Of a stretch of DNA of 64,000 nt, positions 53,651 to 64,000 are shown piece by piece. Source of the DNA: the human T2T-CHM13v2.0 reference genome, Homo sapiens; NCBI RefSeq assembly GCF_009914755.1, contig NC_060943.1. One strand, 5' to 3'. Every line of letters begins with the position of its first letter. Positions within the stretch are counted from its first letter, which is position 1. The notes beneath the pieces were generated by a model. That model did no database searches. It had not been told where the DNA came from and saw only the letters and a program-made list of their open reading frames with translations. Both the position numbers and the translations under genes were made by a program.

Positions 53651-56600
53651 CTCAGAAACTTCCTTGTGTTGTGTGTATTCAACTCACAGAGTTGAACGAT
53701 CCTTTACACAGAGCAGACTTGAAACACTCCTTTTGTGGAATTTGCAAGTGGAGATTTCAGCCGCTTTGAGGTCAATGGTAGAATAGGAAATATCTTCCTA
53801 TAGAAAGTAGACAGAATGATTCTCAGAAACTCCTTTGTGATGTGTGCGTTCAACTCACAGAGTTTAACCTTTCTTTTCATAGAGCAGTTAGGAAACACTC
53901 TGTTTGTAAAGTCTGCAAGTGGATATTCAGACCTCCTTGAGGCCTTCGTTGGAAACGGGATTTCTTCATATTATGCTAGACAGAAGAATTCTCAGTAACT
54001 TCCTTGTGTTGTGTGTATTCAACTCACAGAGTTGAACGATCCTTTACACAGAGCAGACTTGAAACACTCTTTTTGTGGAATTTGCAAGTGGAGATTTCAG
54101 CCGCTTTGAGTTCAATGGTAGAATAGGAAATATCTTCCTATAGAAACTAGACAGAATGATTCTCAGAAACTCCTTTGTGATGTGTGCGTTCAACTCACAG
54201 AGTTCAACCTTTCTTTTCATAGAGCAGTTGGGAAACACTCTGTTTGTAAAGTCTGCAAGTGGATATTCAGACTTCTTTGAGGCCTTCGTTGGAAGCGGGA
54301 TTTCTTCATATTCTGCTAGACAGAAGAATTCTCAGTAACTTCCTTGTGTTGTGTGTATTCAACTCACAGAGTTGAACGATCCTTTACACAGAGCAGACTT
54401 GAAACACTCTTTTTGTGGAATTTGCAAGTGGAGATATCAGCCGCTTTGAGGTCAATGGTAGAATAGGAAATATCTTCCTATAGAAACTAGACAGAATGAT
54501 TCTCAGAAACTCCTTTGTGATGTGTGCGTTCAACTCACAGAGTTTAACCTTTCTTTTCATAGAGCAGTTAGGAAACACTCTGTTTGTAAAGTCTGCAAGT
54601 GGATATTCAGACATCCTTGAGGCTTTCGTTGGAAACGGGATTTCTTCATATTATGCTAGACAGAAGAATTCTCAGTAACTTCCTTGTGTTGTGTGTATTC
54701 AACTCACAGAGTTGAACGATCCTTTACACAGAGCAGACTTGAAACACTCTTTTTGTGGAATTTGCAAGTGGAGATTTCAGCCGCTTTGAGTTCAATGGTA
54801 GAATAGGAAATATCTTCCTATAGAAACTAGACAGAATGATTCTCAGAAACTCCTTTGTGATGTGTGCGTTCAACTCACAGAGTTCAACCTTTCTTTTCAT
54901 AGAGCAGTTGGGAAACACTCTGTTTGTAAAGTCTGCAAGTGGATATTCAGACTTCTTTGAGGCCTTCGTTGGAAGCGGGATTTCTTCATATTCTGCTAGA
55001 CAGAAGAATTCTCAGTAACTTCCTTGTGTTGTGTGTATTCAACTCACAGAGTTGAACGATCCTTTACACAGAGCAGACTTGAAACACTCTTTTTGTGGAA
55101 TTTGCAAGTGGAGATTTCAGCCGCTTTGAGGTCAATGGTAGAATAGGAAATATCTTCCTATAGAAACTAGACAGAATGATTCTCAGAAACTCCTTTGTGA
55201 TGTGTGCGTTCAACTCACAGAGTTTAACCTTTCTTTTCATAGAGCAGTTAGGAAACACTCTGTTTGTAAAGTCTGCAAGTGGATATTCAGACATCCTTGA
55301 GGCTTTCGTTGGAAACGGGATTTCTTCATATTCTGCTAGAAAGAAGAATTCTCAGTAACTTCCTTGTGTTGTGTGTATTCAACTCACAGAGTTGAACGAT
55401 CCTTTACACAGAGCAGACTTGAAACACTCCTTTTGTGGAATTTGCAAGTGGAGATTTCAGCCGCTTTGAGGTCAAAGGTAGAATAGGAAATATCTTCCTA
55501 TAGAAACTAGACAGAATGATTCTCAGAAACTCCTTTGTGATGCGTGCGTTCAACTCACAGAGTTTAACCTTTCTTTTCATAGAGCAGTTGGGAAACACTC
55601 TGTTTGTAAAGTCTGCAAGTGGATATTCAGACTTCTTTGAGGCTTTCGTTGGAAACGGGATTTCTTCATATTCTGCTAGAAAGAAGAATTCTCAGTAACT
55701 TCCTTGTGTTGTGTGTATTCAAATCACAGAGTTGCACGATCCTTTACACAGAGCAGACTTGAAACACTCTTTTTGTGGAATTTGCAAGTGGAGATTTCAG
55801 CCGCTTTGAGGTCAATGGTAGAATAGGAAATATCTTCCTATAGAAACTAGACAGAATGATTCTCAGAAACTCCTTTGTGATGTGTGCGTTCAACTCACAG
55901 AGTTCAACCTTTCTTTTCATAGAGCAGTTGGGAAACACTCTGTTTGTAAAGTCTGCAAGTGGATATTCAGACTTCTTTGAGGCCTTCGTTGGAAGCGGGA
56001 TTTCTTCATATTCTGCTAGACAGAAGAATTCTCAGTAACTGCCTTGTGTTGTGTGTATTCAACTCACAGAGTTGAACGATCCTTTACACAGAGCAGACTT
56101 GAAACACTCTTTTTGTGGAATTTGCAAGTGGAGATTTCAGCCGCTTTGAGGTCAATGGTAGAATAGGAAATATCTTCCTATAGAAACTAGACAGAATGAT
56201 TCTCAGAAACTCCTTTGTGATGTGTGCGTTCAACTCACAGAGTTTACCCTTTCTTTTCATAGAGCAGTTAGGAAACACTCTGTTTGTAAAGTCTGCAAGT
56301 GGATATTCAGACATCCTTGAGGCTTTCGTTGGAAACGGGATTTCTTCATATTCTGCCAGAAAGAAGAATTCTCAGTAACTTCCTTGTGTTGTGTGTATTC
56401 AACTCACAGAGTTGAACGATCCTTTACACAGAGCAGACTTGAAACACTCTTTTTGTGGAATTTGCAAGTGGAGATTTCAGCCGCTTTGAGGTCAATGGTA
56501 GAATAGGAAATATCTTCCTATAGAAACTAGACAGAATGATTCTCAGAAACTCCTTTGTGATGTGTGCGTTCAACTCACAGAGTTTAACCTTTCTTTTCAT

Positions 56601-57783
56601 AGAGCAGTTAGGAAACACTCTGTTTGTACAGTCTGCAAGTGGATATTCAGACATCCTTGAGGCTTTCGTTGGAAACGGGATTTCTTCATATTCTGCTAGA
56701 AAGAAGAATTCTCAGTAACTTCCTTGTGTTGTGTGTATTCAACTCAGAGAGTTGAACGATCCTTTACACAGAGCAGACTTGAAACACTCTTTTTGTGGAA
56801 TTTGCAAGTGGAGATTTCAGCCGCTGTGAGGTCAATGGTAGAATAGGAAATATCTTCCTGTAGAAACTAGACAGAATGATTCTCAGAAACTCCTTTGTGA
56901 TGTGTGCGTTCAACTCACAGAGTTTAACCTTTCTTTTCATAGAGCAGTTGGGAAACACTCTGTTTGTAAAGTCTGCAAGTGGATATTCAGACATCCTTGA
57001 GGCTTTCGTTGGAAACGGGATTTCTTCATATTCTGCTAGAAAGAAGAATTCTCAGTAACTTCCTTGTGTTGTGTGTATTCAACTCACAGAGTTGAACGAT
57101 CCTTTACACAGAGCAGACTTGAAACACTCTTTTTGTGGAATTTGGAAGTGGAGATTTCAGCCGCTTTGAGTTCAATGGTAGAATAGGAAATATCTTCCTA
57201 TAGAAACTAGACAGAATGATTCTCAGAAACTCCTTTGTGATGTGTGCGTTCAACTCACAGAGTTCAACCTTTCTTTTCATAGAGCAGTTGGGAAACACTC
57301 TGTTTGTAAAGTCTGCAAGTGGATATTCAGACTTCTTTGAGGCCTTCGTTGGAAGCGGGATTTCTTCATATTCTGCTAGACAGAAGAATTCTCATAAACT
57401 TCCTTGTGTTGTGTGTATTCAACTCACAGAGTTGAACGATCCTTTACACAGAGCAGACTTGAAACACTCCTTTTGTGGAATTTGCAAGTGGAGATTTCAG
57501 CCGCTTTGAGGTCAATGGTAGAAAAGGAAATATCTTCCTATAGAAAGTAGACAGAATGATTCTCAGAAACTCCTTTGTGATGTGTGCGTTCAACTCACAG
57601 AGTTTAACCTTTCTTTTCATAGAGCAGTTAGGAAACACTCTGTTTGTAAAGTCTGCAAGTGGATATTCAGACCTCCTTGAGGCCTTCGTTGGAAACGGGA
57701 TTTCTTCATATTATGCTAGACAGAAGAATTCTCAGTAACTTCCTTGTGTTGTGTGTATTCAACTCACAGAGTTGAACGATCCT

Positions 57784-60700
57784 TTACACAGAGCAGACTT
57801 GAAACACTCTTTTTGTGGAATTTGCAAGTGGAGATTTCAGCCGCTTTGAGTTCAATGGTAGAATAGGAAATATCTTCCTATAGAAACTAGACAGAATGAT
57901 TCTCAGAAACTCCTTTGTGATGTGTGCGTTCAACTCACAGAGTTCAACCTTTCTTTTCATAGAGCAGTTGGGAAACACTCTGTTTGTAAAGTCTGCAAGT
58001 GGATATTCAGACTTCTTTGAGGCCTTCTTTGGAAGCGGGATTTCTTCATATTCTGCTAGACAGAAGAATTCTCAGTAACTTCCTTGTGTTGTGTGTATTC
58101 AACTCACAGAGTTGAACGATCCTTTACACAGAGCAGACTTGAAACACTCTTTTTGTGGAATTTGCAAGTGGAGATTTCAGCCGCTTTGAGGTCAATGGTA
58201 GAATAGGAAATATCTTCCTATAGAAACTAGACAGAATGATTCTCAGAAACTCTTTTGTGATGTGTGCGTTCAACTCACAGAGTTTAACCTTTCTTTTCAT
58301 AGAGCAGTTAGGAAACACTCTGTTTGTAAAGTCTGCAAGTGGATATTCAGACATCCTTGAGGCTTTCGTTGGAAACGGGATTTCTTCATATTATGCTAGA
58401 CAGAAGAATTCTCAGTAACTTCCTTGTGTTGTGTGTATTCAACTCACAGAGTTGAACGATCCTTTACACAGAGCAGACTTGAAACACTCCTTTTGTGGAA
58501 TTTGCAAGTGGAGATTTCAGCCGCTTTGAGGTCAATGGTAGAATAGGAAATATCTTCCTATAGAAACTAGACAGAATGATTCTCAGAAACTCCTTTGTGA
58601 TGTGTGCGTTCAACTCACAGAGTTTAACCTTTCTTTTCATAGAGCAGTTAGGAAACACTCTGTTTGTAAAGTCTGCAAGTGGATATTCAGACCTCCTTGA
58701 GGCCTTCGTTGGAAGCGGGATTTCTTCATGTTCTGCTAGACAGAAGAATTCTCAGAAACTTCCTTGTGTTGTGTGTTTTCAACTCACAGAGTTGAACGAT
58801 CCTTTACACAGAGCAGACTTGAAACACTCCTTTTGTGGAATTTGCAAGTGGAGATTTCAGCCGCTTTGAGGTCAATGGTAGAATAGGAAATATCTTCCTA
58901 TAGAAACTAGACAGAATGATTCTCAGAAACTCCTTTGTGATGTGTGCGTTCAACTCACAGAGTTCAACCTTTCTTTTCATAGAGCAGTTGGGAAACACTC
59001 TGTTTGTAAAGTCTGCAAGTGGATATTCAGACTTCTTTGAGGCCTTCGTTGGAAGCGGGATTTCTTCATATTCTGCTAGACAGAAGAATTCTCATAAACT
59101 TCCTTGTGTTGTGTGTTTTCAACTCACAGAGTTGAACGATCCTTTACACAGAGCAGACTTGAAACACTCCTTTTGTGGAATTTGCAAGTGGAGATTTCAG
59201 CCGATTTGAGGTCAATGGTAGAATAGGAAATATATTCCTATAGAAAGTAGACAGAATGATTCTCAGAAACTCCTTTGTGATGTGTGCGTTCAACTCACAG
59301 AGTTTAACCTTTCTTTTCATAGAGCAGTTAGGAAACACTCTGTTTGTAAAGTCTGCAAGTGGATATTCAGACCTCCTTGAGGCCTTCGTTGGAAACGGGA
59401 TTTCTTCATATTATGCTAGACAGAAGAATTCTCAGTAACTTCCTTGTGTTGTGTGTATTCAACTCACAGAGTTGAACGATCCTTTACACAGAGCAGACTT
59501 GAAACACTCTTTTTGTGGAATTTGCAAGTGGAGATTTCAGCCGCTTTGAGTTCAATGGTAGAATAGGAAATATCTTCCTATAGAAACTAGACAGAATGAT
59601 TCTCAGAAACTCCTTTGTGATGTGTGCGTTCAACTCACAGAGTTCAACCTTTCTTTTCATAGAGCAGTTGGGAAACACTCTGTTTGTAAAGTCTGCAAGT
59701 GGATATTCAGACTTCTTTGAGGCCTTCGTTGGAAGCGGGATTTCTTCATAATCTGCTAGACAGAAGAATTCTCAGTAACTTCCTTGTGTTGTGTGTATTC
59801 AACTCACAGAGTTGAACGATCCTTTACACAGAGCAGACTTGAAACACTCTTTTTGTGGAATTTGCAAGTGGAGATTTCAGCCGCTTTGAGGTCAATGGTA
59901 GAATAGGAAATATCTTCCTATAGAAACTAGACAGAATGATTCTCAGAAACTCCTTTGTGATGTGTGCGTTCAACTCACAGAGTTTAACCTTTCTTTTCAT
60001 AGAGCAGTTAGGAAACACTCTGTTTGTAAAGTCTGCAAGTAGATATTCAGACATCCTTGAGGCTTTCGTTGGAAACGGGATTTCTTCATATTCTGCTAGA
60101 AAGAAGAATTCTCAGTAACTTCCTTGTGTTGTGTGTATTCAACTCACAGAGTTGAACGATCCTTTACACAGAGCAGACTTGAAACACTCCTTTTGTGGAA
60201 TTTGCAAGTGGAGATTTCAGCCGCTTTGAGGTCAATGGTAGAATAGGAAATATCTTCCTATAGAAACTAGACAGAATGATTCTCAGAAACTCCTTTGTGA
60301 TGTGTGCGTTCAACTCACACAGTTTAACCTTTCTTTTCATAGAGCAGTTGGGAAACACTCTGTTTGTAAAGTCTGCAAGTGGATATTCAGACATCCTTGA
60401 GGCTTTCGTTGGAAACGGGATTTCTTCATATTCTGCTAGACAGAAGAATTCTCAGTAACTTCCTTGTGTTGTGTGTATTCAACTCACAGAGTTGCACGAT
60501 CCTTTACACAGAGCAGACTTGAAACACTCTTTTTGTGGAATTTGCAAGTGGAGATTTCAGCCGCTTTGAGGTCAATGGTAGAATAGGAAATATCTTCCTA
60601 TGGAAACTAGACAGAATGATTCTCAGAAACTTCTTTGTGATGTGTGCGTTCAACTCACAGAGTTTAACCTTTCTTTTCATAGAGCAGTTAGGAAACACTC

Positions 60701-63700
60701 TGTTTGTAAAGTCTGCAAGTGGATATTCAGACCTCCTTGAGGCCTTCGTTGGAAACGGGATTTCTTCATATTATGCTAGACAGAAGAATTCTCAGTAACT
60801 TCCTTGTGTTGTGTGTATTCAACTCAGAGAGTTGAACGATCCTTTACACAGAGCAGACTTGAAACACTCTTTTTGTGGAATTTGCAAGTGGAGATTTCAG
60901 CCGCTGTGAGTTCAATGGTAGAATAGGAAATATCTTCCTATAGAAAGTAGACAGAATGATTCTCAGAAACTCCTTTGTGATGTGTGCGTTCAAGTCACAG
61001 AGTTCAACCTTTCTTTTCATAGAGCAGTTGGGAAACACTCTGTTTGTAAAGTCTGCAAGTGGATATTCAGACTTCTTTGAGGCCTTCGTTGGAAGCGGGA
61101 TTTCTTCATATTCTGCTAGACAGAAGAATTCTCAGTAACTGCCTTGTGTTGTGTGTATTCAACTCACAGAGTTGAACGATCCTTTACACAGAGCAGACTT
61201 GAAACACTCTTTTTGTGGAATTTGCAAGTGGAGATTTCAGCCGCTTTGAGATCAATGGTAGAATAGGAAATATCTTCCTATAGAAACTAGACAGAATGAT
61301 TCTCAGAAACTCCTTTGTGATGTGTGCGTTCAACTCACAGAGTTTAACCTTTCTTTTCATAGAGCAGTTAGGAAACACTCTGATTGTAAAGTCTGCAAGT
61401 GGATATTCAGACCTCCTTGAGGCCTTCGTTGGAAACGGGATTTCTTCATATTCTGCTAGACAGAAGAATTCTCAGTAACTTCCTTGTGTTGTGTGTATTC
61501 AACTCACAGAGTTGAACGATCCTTTACACAGAGCAGACTTGAAACACTCTTTTTGTGGAATTTGCAAGTGGAGATTTCAGCCGCTTTGAGTTCAATGGTA
61601 GAATAGGAAATATCTTCCTATAGAAACTAGACAGAATGATTCTCAGAAACTCCTTTGTGATGTGTGCGTTCAACTCACAGAGTTCAACCTTTCTTTTCAT
61701 AGAGCAGTTGGGAAACACTCTGTTTGTAAAGTCTGCAAGTGGATATTCAGACTTCTTTGAGGCCTTCGTTGGAAGCGGGATTTCTTCATGTTCTGCTAGA
61801 CAGAAGAATTCTCAGAAACTTCCTTGTGTTGTGTGTTTTCAACTCACAGAGTTGAACGATCCTTTACACAGAGCAGACTTGAAACACTCCTTTTGTGGAA
61901 TTTGCAAGTGGAGATTTCAGCCGATTTGAGGTCAATGGTAGAATAGGAAATATCTTCCTATAGAAAGTAGACAGAATGATTCTCAGAAACTCCTTTGTGA
62001 TGTGTGCGTTCAACTCACAGAGTTTAACCTTTCTTTTCATAGAGCAGTTAGGAAACACTCTGTTTGTAAAGTCTGCAAGTGGATATTCAGACCTCCTTGA
62101 GGCCTTCGTTGGAAACGGGATTTCTTCATATTATGCTAGACAGAAGAATTCTCAGTAACTTCCTTGTGTTGTGTGTATTCAACTCACAGAGTTGAACGAT
62201 CCTTTACACAGAGCAGACTTGAAACACTCTTTTTGTGGAATTTGCAAGTGGAGATTTCAGCCGCTGTGAGTTCAATGGTAGAATAGGAAATATCTTCCTA
62301 TAGAAACTAGACAGAATGATTCTCAGAAACTCCTTTGTGATGTGTGCGTTCAACTCACAGAGTTCAACCTGTCTTTTCATAGAGCAGTTGGGAAACACTC
62401 TGTTTGTAAAGTCTGCAAGTGGATATTCAGACTTCTTTGAGGCCTTCGTTGGAAGCGGGATTTCTTCATATTCTGCTAGACAGAAGAATTCTCAGTAACT
62501 TCCTTGTGTTGTGTGTATTCAACTCACAGAGTTGAACGATCCTTTACACAGAGCAGACTTGAAACACTCTTTTTGTGGAATTTGCAAGTGGAGATTTCAG
62601 CCGCTTTGAGGTCAATGGTAGAATAGGAAATATCTTCCTATAGAAACTAGACAGAATGATTCTCAGAAACTCTTTTGTGATGTGTGCGTTCAACTCACAG
62701 AGTTTAACCTTTCTTTTCATAGAGCAGTTAGGAAACACTCTGTTTGTAAAGTCTGCAAGTGGATATTCAGACATCCTTGAGGCTTTCGTTGGAAACGGGA
62801 TTTCTTCATATTATGCTAGACAGAAGAATTCTCAGTAACTTCCTTGTGTTGTGTGTATTCAACTCACAGAGTTGAACGATCCTTTACACAGAGCAGACTT
62901 GAAACACTCCTTTTGTGGAATTTGCAAGTGGAGATTTCAGCCGCTTTGAGGTCAATGGTAGAATGGGAAATATCTTCCTATAGAAACTAGACAGAATGAT
63001 TCTCAGAAACTCCTTTGTGATGTGTGCGTTCAACTCACAGAGTTTAACCTTTCTTTTCATAGAGCAGTTGGGAAACACTCTGTTTGTAAAGTTTGCAAGT
63101 GGATATTCAGACATACTTGAGGCTTTCGTTGGAAACGGGATTTCTTCATATTCTGCTAGAAAGAAGAATTCTCAGTAACTTCCTTGTGTTGTGTGTATTC
63201 AACTCACAGAGTTGCACGATCCTTTACACAGAGCAGACTTGAAACACTCTTTTTGTGGAATTTGCAAGTGGAGATTTCAGCCGCTTTGAGGTCAATGGTA
63301 GAATAGGAAATATCTTCCTATGGAAACTAGACAGAATGATTCTCAGAAACTTCTTTGTGATGTGTGCGTTCAACTCACAGAGTTTAACCTTTCTTTTCAT
63401 AGAGCAGTTAGGAAACACTCTGTTTGTAAAGTCTGCAAGTGGATATTCAGACCTCCTTGAGGCCTTCGTTGGAAGCGGGATTTCTTCATGTTCTGCTAGA
63501 CAGAAGAATTCTCAGAAACTTCCTTGTGTTGTGTGTTTTCAACTCACAGAGTTGAACGATCCTTTACACAGAGCAGACTTGAAACACTCCTTTTGTGGAA
63601 TTTGCAAGTGGAGATTTCAGCCGCTTTGAGGTCAATGGTAGAATAGGAAATATCTTCCTATAGAAACTAGACAGAATGATTCTCAGAAACTCCTTTGTGA

Positions 63701-64000
63701 TGTGTGCGTTCAACTCACAGAGTTCAACCTTTCTTTTCATAGAGCAGTTGGGAAACACTCTGTTTGTAAAGTCTGCAAGTGGATATTCAGACTTCTTTGA
63801 GGCCTTCGTTGGAAGCGGGATTTCTTCATATTCTGCTAGACAGAAGAATTCTCATAAACTTCCTTGTGTTGTGTGTTTTCAACTCACAGAGTTGAACGAT
63901 CCTTTACACAGAGCAGACTTGAAACACTCCTTTTGTGGAATTTGCAAGTGGAGATTTCAGCCGATTTGAGGTCAATGGTAGAATAGGAAATATATTCCTA
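57784..64000 (+). repeat. Mosaic of short duplicated blocks (offsets 4420, 2720 and 4760 bp)
   Basis: ACTCTTTTGTG (58253/62673), CTATGGAAAC (60602/63322), and CTCATAAACT, CCGATTT, TATATTCC (59095-59234 / 63855-63994). Confidence 0.75.

Larger units (their letters stand above)
1..64000 (+). repeat. Centromeric alpha-satellite higher-order-repeat array, suprachromosomal family 1, dominated by a 340-bp dimer (D1Z7/D5Z2/D19Z3-type, S1C1/5/19H1L); about 188 dimer-length units
   Basis: Continuous head-to-tail 340-bp periodicity (ORF-track landmarks at 33, 373, 713 and so on). Hallmark alphoid motifs ATTCTCAGAAACT, TTCAACTCACAGAGTT, GAAACACTCTTTTTGT. CENP-B box in every second monomer and EcoRI GAATTC once per 340 bp. 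The family name is from my recognition of the sequence; chr1, chr5 and chr19 cannot be told apart by eye. Confidence 0.97.

Noticed and set aside
63255-63629. Longest ORF (124 aa)
   Set aside because: It results from chance loss of two stop codons (TAG>TGG and TAA>AAA) in adjacent repeat units.
33-63969. Hundreds of 60-124 aa ORFs on both strands (MILRNSFVMCAF..., MFPNCSMKRK..., MSEYPLADF...)
   Set aside because: They are the same frames repeated every 340 bp in satellite DNA, freely broken by stops and frameshifts, with no recognisable domain or gene structure. Similar database 'hypothetical proteins' are typically alphoid contamination.
1-64000. CRISPR-like array (regularly spaced short palindromic motifs)
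   Set aside because: There are no unique spacers and no cas genes; the whole unit is repeated and is recognisable alpha satellite.
1-64000. Possibility that this is a synthetic GRCh38-style Markov centromere model, making the block structure meaningless
   Set aside because: Strings of more than ten dimers with rare variants recur in the same order 11-17 kb apart, which a low-order model is unlikely to generate. It is more consistent with a long-read assembly, though not proven without reads.
1-64000. Assignment to a specific chromosome or to the kinetochore-forming region
   Set aside because: The HOR is shared by chromosomes 1, 5 and 19, and CENP-A position is epigenetic; neither can be determined from this sequence by eye.

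Overview
The whole 64-kb window is one uninterrupted, single-orientation array of primate (almost certainly human) centromeric alpha satellite. It contains no genes, RNA genes, transposon insertions or inversions that I can see. The basic unit is a 340-bp dimer: a 171-bp A-type monomer plus a 169-bp B-type monomer carrying a CENP-B box, with one EcoRI site per dimer and about 188 copies. This matches the suprachromosomal family 1 (J1/J2) active array shared by chromosomes 1, 5 and 19 (D1Z7/D5Z2/D19Z3, S1C1/5/19H1L). All ORFs in the track are artefacts of the repeat. The structure worth a second look is internal: (i) two copies of a 1,015-bp divergent hexamer (41756-42770, 46511-47525) that appear to show the parents of the hybrid dimer; (ii) nested multi-kb duplications defined by shared rare variants (offsets 1695, 2040, 3396, 4755, 6115, 11210, 16645 bp); (iii) a ten-copy lineage of CENP-B boxes mutated at an essential position; (iv) many dimer variants that match hexamer alleles; (v) paired mutations in short dyad symmetries, including a compensatory G:C to T:A change at 43931/43943. 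I do not find a new gene-encoded biological system here. All comparisons were made by eye, so block boundaries are approximate.
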